From: Solirubrobacteraceae bacterium
GTDB taxonomy: Bacteria; Actinomycetota; Thermoleophilia; Solirubrobacterales; Solirubrobacteraceae
Assembly: GCA_036495305.1 (NCBI GenBank)
Contig: DASXNB010000004.1
Span: 1,690-65,689 of the forward strand
Direction: 5' to 3'
Length of the DNA: 64,000 bases
Shown in pieces: positions 9,125 through 18,681 of the stretch. The position numbers were made by a program, and so were the translations under genes. Below the pieces are notes generated by a model, which was not told where the DNA came from, searched no databases, and saw nothing but the letters and a program-made list of their open reading frames with translations. The stretch's first letter is position 1, and each line of letters begins with the position of its first letter.

Positions 9125-9247
9125 CTGCATCACCTCCTTTCCCGGGCCGTTCGGCCTCGGACCGGCCTGATCGGGAGGGGTGAAGACTCCTGTCTGCGAG
9201 CTTATAGGGAGATGCGGGCGGTACGCGCTCTTGGTTGGCTCATCCTT

Positions 9248-9276
9248 GCAATTCGCAACCTTGACTTGCGATTTGC
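9248..9276 (-). terminator. Hairpin just after the lipA stop
   Basis: 11-nt arms GCAATTCGCAA / TTGCGATTTGC (one mismatch) with a 7-nt loop; no U tract. Confidence 0.3.
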
Positions 9277-9280
9277 ATGG

Positions 9281-10276
9281 TTACCCGCTCGCGGCCAGCG
9301 GCCCTACACCGGGCCGTGGCTGGGGCACATGCTGGTCGGCGTGGTAGGAGGAGCGCACGAGCGGTCCTGCCGCCACGTGGTCGAAGCCGAGGGCGTAGGC
9401 GGCCTCCTCCAGCGCCTTGAACTCATCCGGGTGCCAGTAGCGCACGATCGGCAGATGGCGCTCTGAGGGGCGCAGGTACTGGCCGACGGTGAGCACCTGC
9501 ACGTCGTGTTCGCGCAGGATCTCAAACGTGTCCACCATCTCCTCGTGTGTCTCGCCGAGGCCCACCATCAAACCGGACTTGGTTACCACCTCGCCCTCGC
9601 CCATTTCCGATGCGCTGCGCAGCACGCGGCAAGAGCGCAGGAATTCCGAGCCCCTGCGGGCGATGGGGTAGAGGCGTGGCACCACCTCCACGTTGTGGTT
9701 GAACACATCGGGGCGCTCCGCGATCACCTTCGCGAGCGGCATCTCCTGGCCCTGGAAGTCGGGGGTGAGCACCTCGATCTGGCACTCAGGCGCCTGCTTG
9801 CGCACCTGACGGATCACGCCGACGAAAGCCGAGGCGCCCTTGTCGGGCAGGTCGTCGCGGTCAACCGAGGTGACCACCGCGTGGCGCAACCCCATGCGCG
9901 CGATCGACCGCGCCACGCGCGCGGGCTCGAGCGGATCGTCCCACGTGGGCTTGCCGGTCTTCACGTTGCAGAAGCCGCACCTGCGCGTGCACGTGTCGCC
10001 GAGGATCATGAACGTGGCGGTGCCCCGCTCCCAGCACTCCCCCACGTTCGGGCACGCCGCCTCTTGGCAGACGGTGTGGAGGTTCTCCTCTTTGATGAGC
10101 GCCGACAGCTCGCGGTAGCGCTGACCGCCGGCAGCCGGCACTTTGAACCATGGCGGCTTGCGCTCGTGCAGTGGGCGCACGTCGGAGCCGAGCACCTTCA
10201 GCACGTCCATCCCGCCAGGGTTGGCACGCGAGCGGGTCGCGTGCTCGCGGGTGGTGGTGGTTGGTGGGCTACTCAT
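9281..10276 (-). CDS. lipA: Lipoyl synthase
   Basis: CQEAACPNVGEC and CTRRCGFC radical-SAM/auxiliary cluster motifs. Confidence 0.95.
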   Translation of the reverse strand: MSSPPTTTTREHATRSRANPGGMDVLKVLGSDVRPLHERKPPWFKVPAAGGQRYRELSALIKEENLHTVCQEAACPNVGECWERGTATFMILGDTCTRRCGFCNVKTGKPTWDDPLEPARVARSIARMGLRHAVVTSVDRDDLPDKGASAFVGVIRQVRKQAPECQIEVLTPDFQGQEMPLAKVIAERPDVFNHNVEVVPRLYPIARRGSEFLRSCRVLRSASEMGEGEVVTKSGLMVGLGETHEEMVDTFEILREHDVQVLTVGQYLRPSERHLPIVRYWHPDEFKALEEAAYALGFDHVAAGPLVRSSYHADQHVPQPRPGVGPLAASG

Positions 10277-11004
10277 GCATCCACCAGCGTATGACCCGCG
10301 GGCGCCACGATCCCGATCTCCTGCGGCGCGACGGCTAGAGGACGACGGTTGTGGGCCTCACAGAAGCAGCGCGCCATACGCTCGGCGAACACGTTCAAAC
10401 CACCGGGGGGCGTGTGCCCAAGCTCCTGCTCGACCGAAGTCATCGTCACGTCGGGCAGCCCGCACGCCACGATCCACGAGAACGGCTCCAGGTCGTTGAC
10501 CACGTTCACGGCGAACCCGTGCGTGGATACCCCACGCGAGACGTGTACCCCGATCGAGGCGATCTTGCGGCCCTCCACCCATACGCCTGTGTAGTCGATT
10601 CCCTCCGCGCAGCGCGAGCGAGCCTCGATGCCGTACTTGCCAAGTGCCGCGACGATGGCGACCTCCATCGTGCGCAAGTGTGCGTTGATGTCGGCGATGC
10701 GCATGATCGGATAGCCCACGAGCTGGCCAGGGCCGTGGTAGGTGACACGCCCCCCGCGGTCGGTCGGCACGATCTCGATGCCCTTCGCGCGGTAGAAGTC
10801 TTCGCCGAGCGTCAGCTCGCCATCGAGGGAGCGGCGGCCCCGTGTGTAGACAGGCGGATGCTCGAGCAGGAGCAATGTGTCCGGGATCTCCTCGGCTTGA
10901 CGCTGGGCTTGGAGGTCGGCTTGAATCGCTACGGCGTCGCGGTAAGCAACCGTACCGAGACAGCGAACCTCGATGCTGGTGGAGATCTGGCGATCTTGTT
11001 TCAT
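10273..11004 (-). CDS. lipB: Octanoyl/lipoyl-[ACP]:protein transferase
   Basis: LLEHPPVYT, RGGRVTYHGPGQLVGYP, and a conserved Cys in VACGL. 4-nt overlap with lipA. Confidence 0.9.
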   Translation of the reverse strand: MKQDRQISTSIEVRCLGTVAYRDAVAIQADLQAQRQAEEIPDTLLLLEHPPVYTRGRRSLDGELTLGEDFYRAKGIEIVPTDRGGRVTYHGPGQLVGYPIMRIADINAHLRTMEVAIVAALGKYGIEARSRCAEGIDYTGVWVEGRKIASIGVHVSRGVSTHGFAVNVVNDLEPFSWIVACGLPDVTMTSVEQELGHTPPGGLNVFAERMARCFCEAHNRRPLAVAPQEIGIVAPAGHTLVDA

Positions 11005-11051
11005 CTACCGACCCTAGTGGTAGCACGGTCTGCGCGCCAGTAGGCGAAAAG

Positions 11052-12365
11052 CTACAGCGTCAAAGCTGCCGGCTCCTCCAACAGCTCCCGCACGCGCGCC
11101 AGGAAAAGTGCGGCATCGGCCCCGTAGAGAATCCGGTGGTCGCAAGCAAGCGTGACGCTCATCGTGTGCCGCGCGACGATCTCCCCGTCGCGCACGACGA
11201 TCGCTCGCTGCTCGACCGCACCCACCGCAAGGATCGCCGCCTGCGGAGGGTTGACTATCGCCGTGAAGTGGCGGATGCCATACATCCCCAGGTTCGACAC
11301 GGTGAACGTTCCCCCGCTCAGCTCTGGCGGAGTGACACTGCCATCGCGCACACGCTCCGCCAGCGCCCGCGTCTCGCGCGCGATCTCACCGAGCGCCTTT
11401 GTATCCGCGTCGAACACCGTCGGCACCACGAGCGCGCCCCCCGTCGGATCCTCGGATGACACTGCCACCGCCACCCCGACGTTCACCCGCGAGTGCAGCT
11501 CGAAGCGACCGTCGCGGTAGCTGCCGTTCGCGCGCGGGTGCTCGCGCAGCGCAAGCGCGCATGCCTTCACGATCATGTCGTTGTAGGTAGGCGCGTCTGC
11601 GTGCGAGAGCCGCTTCAGCTCCGTGCGAAGCGTCACGCAGGCCTCCATGTCCACGTCGGCGGTCAGCGTGAAGTCGGGGATGGTGGCCTTCGACTCCGCC
11701 ATCCGCCGCGCGATGGTGCGCTGCGTGCGTGTCAGCTCGACGCTGGTGGTGTCGCCCTTCGCGCCCGGCACCCCCTCTGCGGTTGGGGTTGCGCCGGCCG
11801 ATGTCTCGGCTCGCGTCGGAGCGTCGGATGGGGTCGGCGCCGTACCCGAAGGCTGCTCTGGCGTGGCGATAGCGGGGGAGGGGTGCGACGAACTCGCGAC
11901 CCCCTCCACGTCCGCCTTCACGATCCGCCCGCTCGGCCCACTCCCGTGCACGCCGCTGAGGTCCACGCCCGTCTCACGCGCGATCCGGCGCGCGAGCGGC
12001 GAGGCCTTTACACGGCCCTCAGCCGAGTCGCTCGGCGCGGGGGCCGGAACGCCATCGGGCTCGGGCTCCTGCGCCTTGGCACGTGCTCCCACCTCCTCGG
12101 CGGTCTCCTCCGCCACAGGCGGCCCCCCGCTCTCCACCGCCCCAATCCGCGCGATCAACTCTCCCACCGCAAGCGTCTGCCCCTCCTTTGCCACGGTCGT
12201 AAGGGTGCCTTCGAGGTCTGATTCGTAGGTCATGTTGGCCTTGTCGGTCTCGACCTCCACCAACTCTTCTCCCCGCCCCACGTGCTCGCCGTCGTGCTTG
12301 AGCCAGCGCAAGATCGTGCCCTCCTCCATCGTGTCGGACAACCTTGGCATCACGATGTCGGTCAT
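11052..12365 (-). CDS. Dihydrolipoamide acyltransferase (E2)
   Basis: N-terminal lipoyl domain (VETDKA), E3-binding domain (ASPLARRIA), catalytic DHRILYG. Confidence 0.9.
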   Translation of the reverse strand: MTDIVMPRLSDTMEEGTILRWLKHDGEHVGRGEELVEVETDKANMTYESDLEGTLTTVAKEGQTLAVGELIARIGAVESGGPPVAEETAEEVGARAKAQEPEPDGVPAPAPSDSAEGRVKASPLARRIARETGVDLSGVHGSGPSGRIVKADVEGVASSSHPSPAIATPEQPSGTAPTPSDAPTRAETSAGATPTAEGVPGAKGDTTSVELTRTQRTIARRMAESKATIPDFTLTADVDMEACVTLRTELKRLSHADAPTYNDMIVKACALALREHPRANGSYRDGRFELHSRVNVGVAVAVSSEDPTGGALVVPTVFDADTKALGEIARETRALAERVRDGSVTPPELSGGTFTVSNLGMYGIRHFTAIVNPPQAAILAVGAVEQRAIVVRDGEIVARHTMSVTLACDHRILYGADAALFLARVRELLEEPAALTL

Positions 12366-13360
12366 CTCCGGGCCTCCGCTTGCTTCACCACGCTAAGCAC
12401 TCCCTCCACGATCTGCTTCTCACGCGGGAAGGCGATTTCCTCCAAAGGCTTCGAATAGGGCATCGGCGTATCCGCGCCACTCACCCGCACCACCGGCGCG
12501 TCGAGGTCGTCGAAGGCCTGTTCTGCCACCAACGCCGCGAGGTTTGCGCCCACGCCTCCGTGCGGCCACCCCTCCTCCACCACCACGCAACGATTCGTCT
12601 TTGCCACCGACTCCAAGATCGCGTCGAGGTCGAGTGGGCGCAGCGTGCGCGGGTCGATCACCTCCGCCTCGATTTTGTGCTCGCTTGCGAGCTGCTCAGC
12701 GGCGCGCTCTGCCGTCAGCGCCATCCGCGACACCCCTACGATAGTCACGTCGTCGCCCGCGCGGGCGATGCGCGCCTGGCCGAAAGTGAGCGGCTGCTCG
12801 TCGCTCTCGTCCACGTCGCCCTTCACCCCGTACAACGACTCGTGCTCGATGAATATCACCGGGTTTTCGTCGCGGATAGCCGCCTTCAGCAGGCCGCGTG
12901 CATCGGCTGGTGTCGAGGGTACCGCCACGAGCAGCCCCGGCACGTGCAGGAACATCGCCTCCAAGCTGTGCGAGTGGGTCGGCCCGAGTTGGTGCCCCGC
13001 GCCTTGGGGCATCCGCACAACCAGCGGCACCCGTGCCTGACCGCCGAACATGTAGTGGATGTGCGCCGCATGGTTCACGATCTGATCGAACGCGAGCAGC
13101 GCGAAGTTCACCGTCATCAACTCCACCACCGGGCGCAACCCCACCATCGCCGCGCCTACGCCCGTTCCCACTATTGTGTTCTCGGAGATCGGGGTGTCGC
13201 GTACGCGTTGCTCCCCGAACTCCTCGAGCAAGCCGGAGGTCACCTTGAAGGCGCCCCCGAACACGCCGATGTCCTCGCCTATCAGCATCACACTCTCGTC
13301 GCGCTCCATCTCCTCACGGAGCGCGAGTTTAAGGGCGTCGCGGTAGCGCATCTCCGTCAC
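12362..13360 (-). CDS. 2-oxoacid dehydrogenase E1 beta subunit
   Basis: Typical E1-beta sequence (GEDIGVFGGAFKVT, RDTPISE). Overlaps E2 by 4 nt. Confidence 0.93.
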   Translation of the reverse strand: MTEMRYRDALKLALREEMERDESVMLIGEDIGVFGGAFKVTSGLLEEFGEQRVRDTPISENTIVGTGVGAAMVGLRPVVELMTVNFALLAFDQIVNHAAHIHYMFGGQARVPLVVRMPQGAGHQLGPTHSHSLEAMFLHVPGLLVAVPSTPADARGLLKAAIRDENPVIFIEHESLYGVKGDVDESDEQPLTFGQARIARAGDDVTIVGVSRMALTAERAAEQLASEHKIEAEVIDPRTLRPLDLDAILESVAKTNRCVVVEEGWPHGGVGANLAALVAEQAFDDLDAPVVRVSGADTPMPYSKPLEEIAFPREKQIVEGVLSVVKQAEARR

Positions 13361-13367
13361 GGCCGCA

Positions 13368-14468
13368 TCATCCGATTCCCTCGGGCGATTCCGGGTTGGC
13401 GGGGGCGGTCCGCCCCGAGCCGTGGAAGTGACCGTGCGTTTGCTCGCCCATCACATACACATCCTCATAGAGGGTGTCCGCTTCGGGAAAGGGGGAGGCC
13501 TCGGCGAACTCCACCGCCTGCTCCACCTTCTGCCTGGCGTCGTTGTCGATCTGCTCGCGCTGCTCTTTGGTGAGTGCGCCCTCCCGTTCGAGTAGGTCGC
13601 CAAAGGCGGGGATGGGGTCGCGCTCGCGCCACGATTCCACCTCCTCCTTCGTGCGGTAATCCTCGGGGTCGGCCATCGAGTGGCCGCGGAAGCGGTAGGT
13701 GATCGCCTCCACAAGCAGGGGTTTGCGCTCCTCCCGTACCTGCTCCAGGGCTTCGCCCACCACCTTGTGCGTGTCGAGGATGTCCATCCCGTCGCACCGC
13801 ATCCCCGGAACCCCGAGCGACTCGCCCTTGCGTTGTAGGTCGGTCACGGCGGAGTGGCGCGCGAGCGACGTCCCCATCCCGAATTGGTTGTTCACCACCA
13901 TGAACACCACAGGGAGCCTCCACAGGGCTGCGAGGTTCAGCGTCTCCCCGAACGTCCCCTGGTTGGAGGCACCGTCGCCGAATGTGCACAACGTCACCTC
14001 GTTCCCTGAGAGCGACGCGAGCGGTCCCTCCCCGGCTCGGCCGGAGAGGGACATGTTGCGGCGCTGGTCGCAGGCGAGGGCGATTCCCGCCGCTATCGGG
14101 AGGTTGCCGCCCACGATCCCGTACCCGCCCATGAAGCGCCGGGTGTAGTCGAACATGTGCATCGAACCGCCGTGCCCTTTCGAGCAGCCGTCCACCTTGC
14201 CGTACAGCTCCGCCATCACACGCTCGGGCGGCGTGCCGCGGGCGATCGCGTCGCCGTGGGAGCGGTAGGTGGACACGAGGTAGTCCTCCTCGCGCATTGC
14301 ACGCACGCTGCCCACGATTGTCGCCTCCTCCCCGATCGACAGGTGCAGGAAGCCACCGATCTTCGCCCGCGCGTACATCTCCCCAGCACGCTCCTCGAAG
14401 CGGCGGATCGTCACCATTGCCGCCAACCACTCGCGTGCAACCTCGGGCTCCGGCAGAAGCGGCGTCAT
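13368..14468 (-). CDS. 2-oxoacid dehydrogenase E1 alpha subunit (TPP-binding)
   Basis: TPP motif GDGASNQG...NN; YRFRGHSMADP. Confidence 0.93.
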   Translation of the reverse strand: MTPLLPEPEVAREWLAAMVTIRRFEERAGEMYARAKIGGFLHLSIGEEATIVGSVRAMREEDYLVSTYRSHGDAIARGTPPERVMAELYGKVDGCSKGHGGSMHMFDYTRRFMGGYGIVGGNLPIAAGIALACDQRRNMSLSGRAGEGPLASLSGNEVTLCTFGDGASNQGTFGETLNLAALWRLPVVFMVVNNQFGMGTSLARHSAVTDLQRKGESLGVPGMRCDGMDILDTHKVVGEALEQVREERKPLLVEAITYRFRGHSMADPEDYRTKEEVESWRERDPIPAFGDLLEREGALTKEQREQIDNDARQKVEQAVEFAEASPFPEADTLYEDVYVMGEQTHGHFHGSGRTAPANPESPEGIG

Positions 14469-14707
14469 CAGCCTTCCACGGTACTCCAGCGTGCGAGGAA
14501 GTCATCGCGCTCCATCAGATTCAGGTCCTCGCGCAGTTCACGTGCCTGGCGTGAGGCGGTCTGCGGGGGGCAATCCCAGAAGAACACCACCTCACCTCCG
14601 TCGATCTCCACCACCTCTAGATGATCCACGCGGTCGGGGCTTGCGAGGAACGCCGGGGCGATGCCCCCGCGGCGCACGATCAGGCGAAAGCAGCGGCCCG
14701 CTCTCAA
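14468..14707 (-). CDS. Hypothetical small protein (79 aa, non-ATG start)
   Basis: ORF abuts the pdhA start and the upstream stop. Only a TTG or internal GTG start is available. Confidence 0.3.
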   Translation of the reverse strand: MRAGRCFRLIVRRGGIAPAFLASPDRVDHLEVVEIDGGEVVFFWDCPPQTASRQARELREDLNLMERDDFLARWSTVEG

Positions 14708-15375
14708 GGCGTTCGTCTCCCAGCCGCGTTGCCCCCGACCTTGGGGCCCGGGGTTTCCGGAGTGGGGGTGGTAGTCCCAAAGTGGTGTGACTCGCGCGCG
14801 CGCGTATAAGCGGCGGCCCCCTCCAGGGAGCGCTCGCCGTGGAAGACGCGTTCGCCGACTCTCATCGCCGGCACGTCGCTCACGCCAAGTTCGGCGGCTC
14901 GGGCGGTGGCCGCCGAGAGCTGCGCGGCGGTGGAGCGCAGGTCGGCTCCCTTGAGCATTGCCGCCGGGTGCATCTCGCAGGCAGCGGCTGCGATCAGCAC
15001 GTTGTCTCGTACATCTAGTTTGCGCCCCCCGGCGAACGCCTGCCGGAAGGCGGCTTGTACGAACGGGACCACGCGGCCGATCGACTTAGCGTACGTGGCC
15101 GCTTTCATCGCAAAGACGCTGTCGAACGGGAAGGGCTCGGGCCAGCGCACGTTTTGTAGTCCGAGTTCTGCCGCACGTCGCTCCATGTCCATACGGAAGA
15201 TGTCCTCCTCTTCGCGGCAGCGAAACGCCTCGAAGGACTCCGCCCCGGGCAACTCCCGTGCAAGTACCGGCTGCCACTCGGTGGCGATGGGCATCGTTTG
15301 CAGCACCCTCTCCGCCGCCAGGTAGGCGAGCGGTGAGGCGAGGTCGAAGTAGAAGGCGGCGTCCGCAGTGGACAT
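14704..15375 (-). CDS. DsbA-like / 2-hydroxychromene-2-carboxylate isomerase family protein
   Basis: The N-terminal FYFDLASPLAYLA pattern is typical of the HCCA isomerase/DsbA fold. The C-terminal roughly 35 codons read through a REP-like repeat. Confidence 0.65.
   Translation of the reverse strand: MSTADAAFYFDLASPLAYLAAERVLQTMPIATEWQPVLARELPGAESFEAFRCREEEDIFRMDMERRAAELGLQNVRWPEPFPFDSVFAMKAATYAKSIGRVVPFVQAAFRQAFAGGRKLDVRDNVLIAAAACEMHPAAMLKGADLRSTAAQLSAATARAAELGVSDVPAMRVGERVFHGERSLEGAAAYTRARESHHFGTTTPTPETPGPKVGGNAAGRRTP
14784..14806 (+). repeat. REP-like element copy (GGTGTGACTCGCGCGCGCGCGTA)
   Basis: Matches the arms of the 54055..54117 inverted repeat and the copy at 27981..28006. Confidence 0.75.
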
Positions 15376-15385
15376 CGCTTCGAGC

Positions 15386-16789
15386 TTAACCGTGTATTAG
15401 CCAGCCGTCGGTGGCTCTGCCTGCCTCCATGACGGCCTCCGACAGCGTGGGGTGGCCGTGCACGATGCGCGCGACCTCGGCAAAGCCCCCCTCCAGTGCA
15501 CGTACGTTCACGAGCTCCTGGATCAGCTCGGTGGCGCGGGACCCCACGATGTGTCCGCCCAACAGCTCGCCGTACTTTGACTCCCCCACCACCTTCACCA
15601 TGCCCGTGCGGTCCCCGTAAACAGTGCCCCCGCCGACCGCCCCGTAGGGGACCTTGCCGACTACCACGTCGTACCCCTGCTCCTTGGCCTGCGCCTCGGT
15701 GAGCCCAAACGAGCCGACGTTGGGGGTGCAGAAGGTGGCGCGGGGGATGTCAACGTAGGAGAGTGGGTGCGTGGCGAGGCCTGCCGCGTCCTCGGCGGCG
15801 ATGATGCCCTCGTCGGAGGCCTTGTGGGCGAGCGCGGGGCCATGCACGAGGTCGCCGATCGCGTAGACCCCGGGGGCGGTGGTGCGCTGTGCGCCGTCCA
15901 CCCGCACGAGTCCCTTCTCATCGAGCTCAACGCCCGCGTCCTTCAAGCCGAGCGCGTCCACGTCGGGGCCGCGGCCGGCCGCGATCACGAGGTACTCGGC
16001 CTCACCCGACTCCGAGCCATAAGAGAAGCTCACAAAATCATCGCCTGAGTTCACGCTCTCGACCGGTGTGCCGGTGTGGACATCGATGCCCTGGCGCTTC
16101 AGCCCCCGCTCGACCAGACGCGAGATATCGGCATCCTCCGTGGGGAGCACCCGGTCGAGTACCTCGAACAGCTTCACCTCGCTACCCAACCGGGCGAAAC
16201 CAGAGGCAATCTCAGCCCCTGAGGCCCCCGCGCCGACCACGATCAAACGGGGGGGCAACTCGGGAAGCGCCCAAGCCTCCTCGGTGCCGATCACCCGCCC
16301 GCCGAACTCGACGCCGGGGATCGAGCGCTTCACCGAGCCAGTGGCGAGAATCACCGTGGTGGCGGTGAGGACTTGCTCACCCACACGCACCTTCACGCCC
16401 TCGCCTGTGCTGCCGTTGCCGCCACCATCGGGGCGCACGAGCGAAGCTTGGCCCTCGAAGAGGTCGATGGAGTTCTTCTTGAAGAGCCCCCCCACGCCGC
16501 CCACGAGCGTGGACACAACCTTCTCGCGGCGAGACTGCACTCCCCCGTAGTCGACCTCCACGCCGCTCACGTTCAAGCCGTAGTCCCCGGCCTCGCGGAT
16601 CTCGGTGAGGAGATCGGCCGAGCGGAGCACCGCCTTGGCGGGGATACATGCGTAGTTGAGGCAGCGCCCGCCCACCTTGTCCTTCTCGATCACGGCGGTC
16701 TTCTTGCCGAGCTGGGCCGCGCGGATCGCGGCGACGTACCCACCCGGACCGGAGCCGATCACGATGCAGTCATAAGAGGTGCCGTCCAT
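15386..16789 (-). CDS. lpdA: Dihydrolipoyl dehydrogenase (E3)
   Basis: GSGPGGY FAD motif, redox-active GGRCLNYACIPAK, C-terminal HGHPTLSE. Confidence 0.95.
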   Translation of the reverse strand: MDGTSYDCIVIGSGPGGYVAAIRAAQLGKKTAVIEKDKVGGRCLNYACIPAKAVLRSADLLTEIREAGDYGLNVSGVEVDYGGVQSRREKVVSTLVGGVGGLFKKNSIDLFEGQASLVRPDGGGNGSTGEGVKVRVGEQVLTATTVILATGSVKRSIPGVEFGGRVIGTEEAWALPELPPRLIVVGAGASGAEIASGFARLGSEVKLFEVLDRVLPTEDADISRLVERGLKRQGIDVHTGTPVESVNSGDDFVSFSYGSESGEAEYLVIAAGRGPDVDALGLKDAGVELDEKGLVRVDGAQRTTAPGVYAIGDLVHGPALAHKASDEGIIAAEDAAGLATHPLSYVDIPRATFCTPNVGSFGLTEAQAKEQGYDVVVGKVPYGAVGGGTVYGDRTGMVKVVGESKYGELLGGHIVGSRATELIQELVNVRALEGGFAEVARIVHGHPTLSEAVMEAGRATDGWLIHG

Positions 16790-16866
16790 ACGGGCGCGAG
16801 CCTATCGCACCCCCGCGTACAAACCCGCCGCCGGGGCCCCTGGCGCCAGACAAGCGCCTCCTCGGT

Positions 16867-17373
16867 CTACGCCTCGTCTGGCATTCCCGCGCGATCGCCC
16901 GCCTGAATGCGGCCCATCACGCGCACCAACTTCCAGAACAACCACCCCGACAGCCCGATCGAGACGACGCACAATCCGGCCGCGAGCAGCGTCTCGGCGA
17001 CAACCAGCGCCATCGAGGTGACGATGATCTGGAAGGCGAGTAGCGCCTCGAAGGAGAGTACGGCCCAGTAGCGGCGCTCCCACATGCCTCGCGCTAGTAG
17101 CAACAGCACGCCGGCCAGGAACAACCCGCCCGGCAGCGACCCGCCGTGGCGGGAGAGGTTGTGGACTGTGAGCACGCTCATCAGCACGGCGAGGGCCAGC
17201 GCGCTCGCGACGGCCATGGCAACGAGCAGGGCGCGCGGTCGCTCGCCGGGGGCCAGGGGGGCCAGGGGGGGCGGAACGGGGAGGGCCGGCGCTCGACGCG
17301 GTCTGTCACCGGCGTCTGCCCCCGCATCGATGCTCGCCCGCGCGGCGTCGGGCGCTGGACGATCTGTGAGCAT
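16867..17373 (-). CDS. Hypothetical multi-pass membrane protein
   Basis: Start set to ATG 17373 (MLTDRP); four hydrophobic segments. Confidence 0.45.
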   Translation of the reverse strand: MLTDRPAPDAARASIDAGADAGDRPRRAPALPVPPPLAPLAPGERPRALLVAMAVASALALAVLMSVLTVHNLSRHGGSLPGGLFLAGVLLLLARGMWERRYWAVLSFEALLAFQIIVTSMALVVAETLLAAGLCVVSIGLSGWLFWKLVRVMGRIQAGDRAGMPDEA

Positions 17374-17504
17374 GGTTTGGAGCCTACCGCGTCCCCAACG
17401 GTGGCCATCGGGTGGAGGGCCGCGTCGACTGGCGCTCGTCGAGAGCAGCGGAGACCGTGCTCCGGACTTTTGCAAGCCAGGTGGAGCACGGTCTCACTTC
17501 TGCC

Positions 17505-18470
17505 TCAGCCGCTGAAACCCAGTTCGTTGTTGGGCTCAAGGCCGTGGGTGATGAGTATTTTCAGCCTCACGACCGGTTCGGGGGTGACCGTTTTTTTGAT
17601 GTAGGCGATTTCAAAAGTGCAGACTTCGTTAAGCGCATAAGTTAATTTCCTGCACGTTTCAAGTTCTTCGAGATTGACGGTGAAAAAGCCTGCGCGGAAG
17701 GCGCCCGCCGTAAGGGCTGCGGGTTTGCCGGTTAGGAAGATATCCTTTACTTCTATCGTGCGTTTTTCTCCCGTTTTCGTGAAAATTCCGCCGGGATTTT
17801 TGAGTTCAAAGCAGGGAAAACCGGCAAGGCACGCAAACCCCGCAGCCAGTTCTTTTCCACTGGGGTCTTCGAGGAGGTCGATGCCCGACATTAAGCCTTG
17901 GGCACTGCCGCCGAGCGTGCAGTTGTAGGCTTCGGCTGCGAGTTCGGTTTCGAATATGACGTTTATCCCGGATGGCGCGGCTTCGATCATGTGCGTGGTT
18001 TCACCGGTACATTCGTCGGTGATTTTTATGCCCAGAATCGTGCATTCCACCTTCAAACCGGGTGTTCCGGTTCCGCCACTTGAAATTTTGTCTAAAAAGA
18101 AAGCTTCTTCCCCTGGTTCCATGAGTTGGGTTTTCCAGGGCAGGTGCAACGCGGTGATTTTGATCGTGCCGGCGCCGCATCCGCCCGTGACTGGTGTGCA
18201 TTCTGACATAGTGAATTTGGTGAGTTCGCCTTTGCCGCCCGCGTTTACATTGCCTTCGTCACTGCCTTTGCATGCCACCGCCACGGCTCCGGATGGTGTT
18301 TTCATGTCTTCGATTCGTATAGTTTCGGCGATTTTGGATTTTACGGCTATGGTTTCTTTAACGGGTGTTTTGTTCAGCTCCCATTCGAGTTCTTCGCCAA
18401 ACGCCGGGGTACAGGCGACAGCGCACGGCAAGCAGAGCCCGATCAGGATTGTTGCCAGCTTGGTATACAT
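17505..18470 (-). CDS. Cys-rich secreted (lipo)protein, unknown function, low GC
   Basis: Signal/lipobox-like N-terminus MYTKLATILIGLCLPCAVAC and many Cys. Local GC about 47-50% by hand count against about 70% in the flanks. Confidence 0.6.
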   Translation of the reverse strand: MYTKLATILIGLCLPCAVACTPAFGEELEWELNKTPVKETIAVKSKIAETIRIEDMKTPSGAVAVACKGSDEGNVNAGGKGELTKFTMSECTPVTGGCGAGTIKITALHLPWKTQLMEPGEEAFFLDKISSGGTGTPGLKVECTILGIKITDECTGETTHMIEAAPSGINVIFETELAAEAYNCTLGGSAQGLMSGIDLLEDPSGKELAAGFACLAGFPCFELKNPGGIFTKTGEKRTIEVKDIFLTGKPAALTAGAFRAGFFTVNLEELETCRKLTYALNEVCTFEIAYIKKTVTPEPVVRLKILITHGLEPNNELGFSG

Positions 18471-18681
18471 TGAATGTCTCCGTTCTATCCGGCCTGCCTA
18501 GTGCTCGGAAAAGGTCGGCCTGGAGTGGTGGCGCTCCGGCGGGCAGTGCCTGCAGGGCGCCTGGGAGACGAGCGTTACCAAACTAAAGATGTGAATACAA
18601 GGCCGTTGCCCCGCAAGGGCCGCATTTGTTTCTGATGCTGCAAAATGTGTCCGCCAACGCGCAATCGAACTGAACGGGCGA

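Noticed and set aside
18590-18630. Hairpin GCCC-CGCAA-GGGC followed by a T-rich run, as a terminator between thiE and the Cys-rich lipoprotein gene.
   Set aside because: The stem is only 4 bp and the T-run is on the plus strand, where no gene ends. That is too weak to call.
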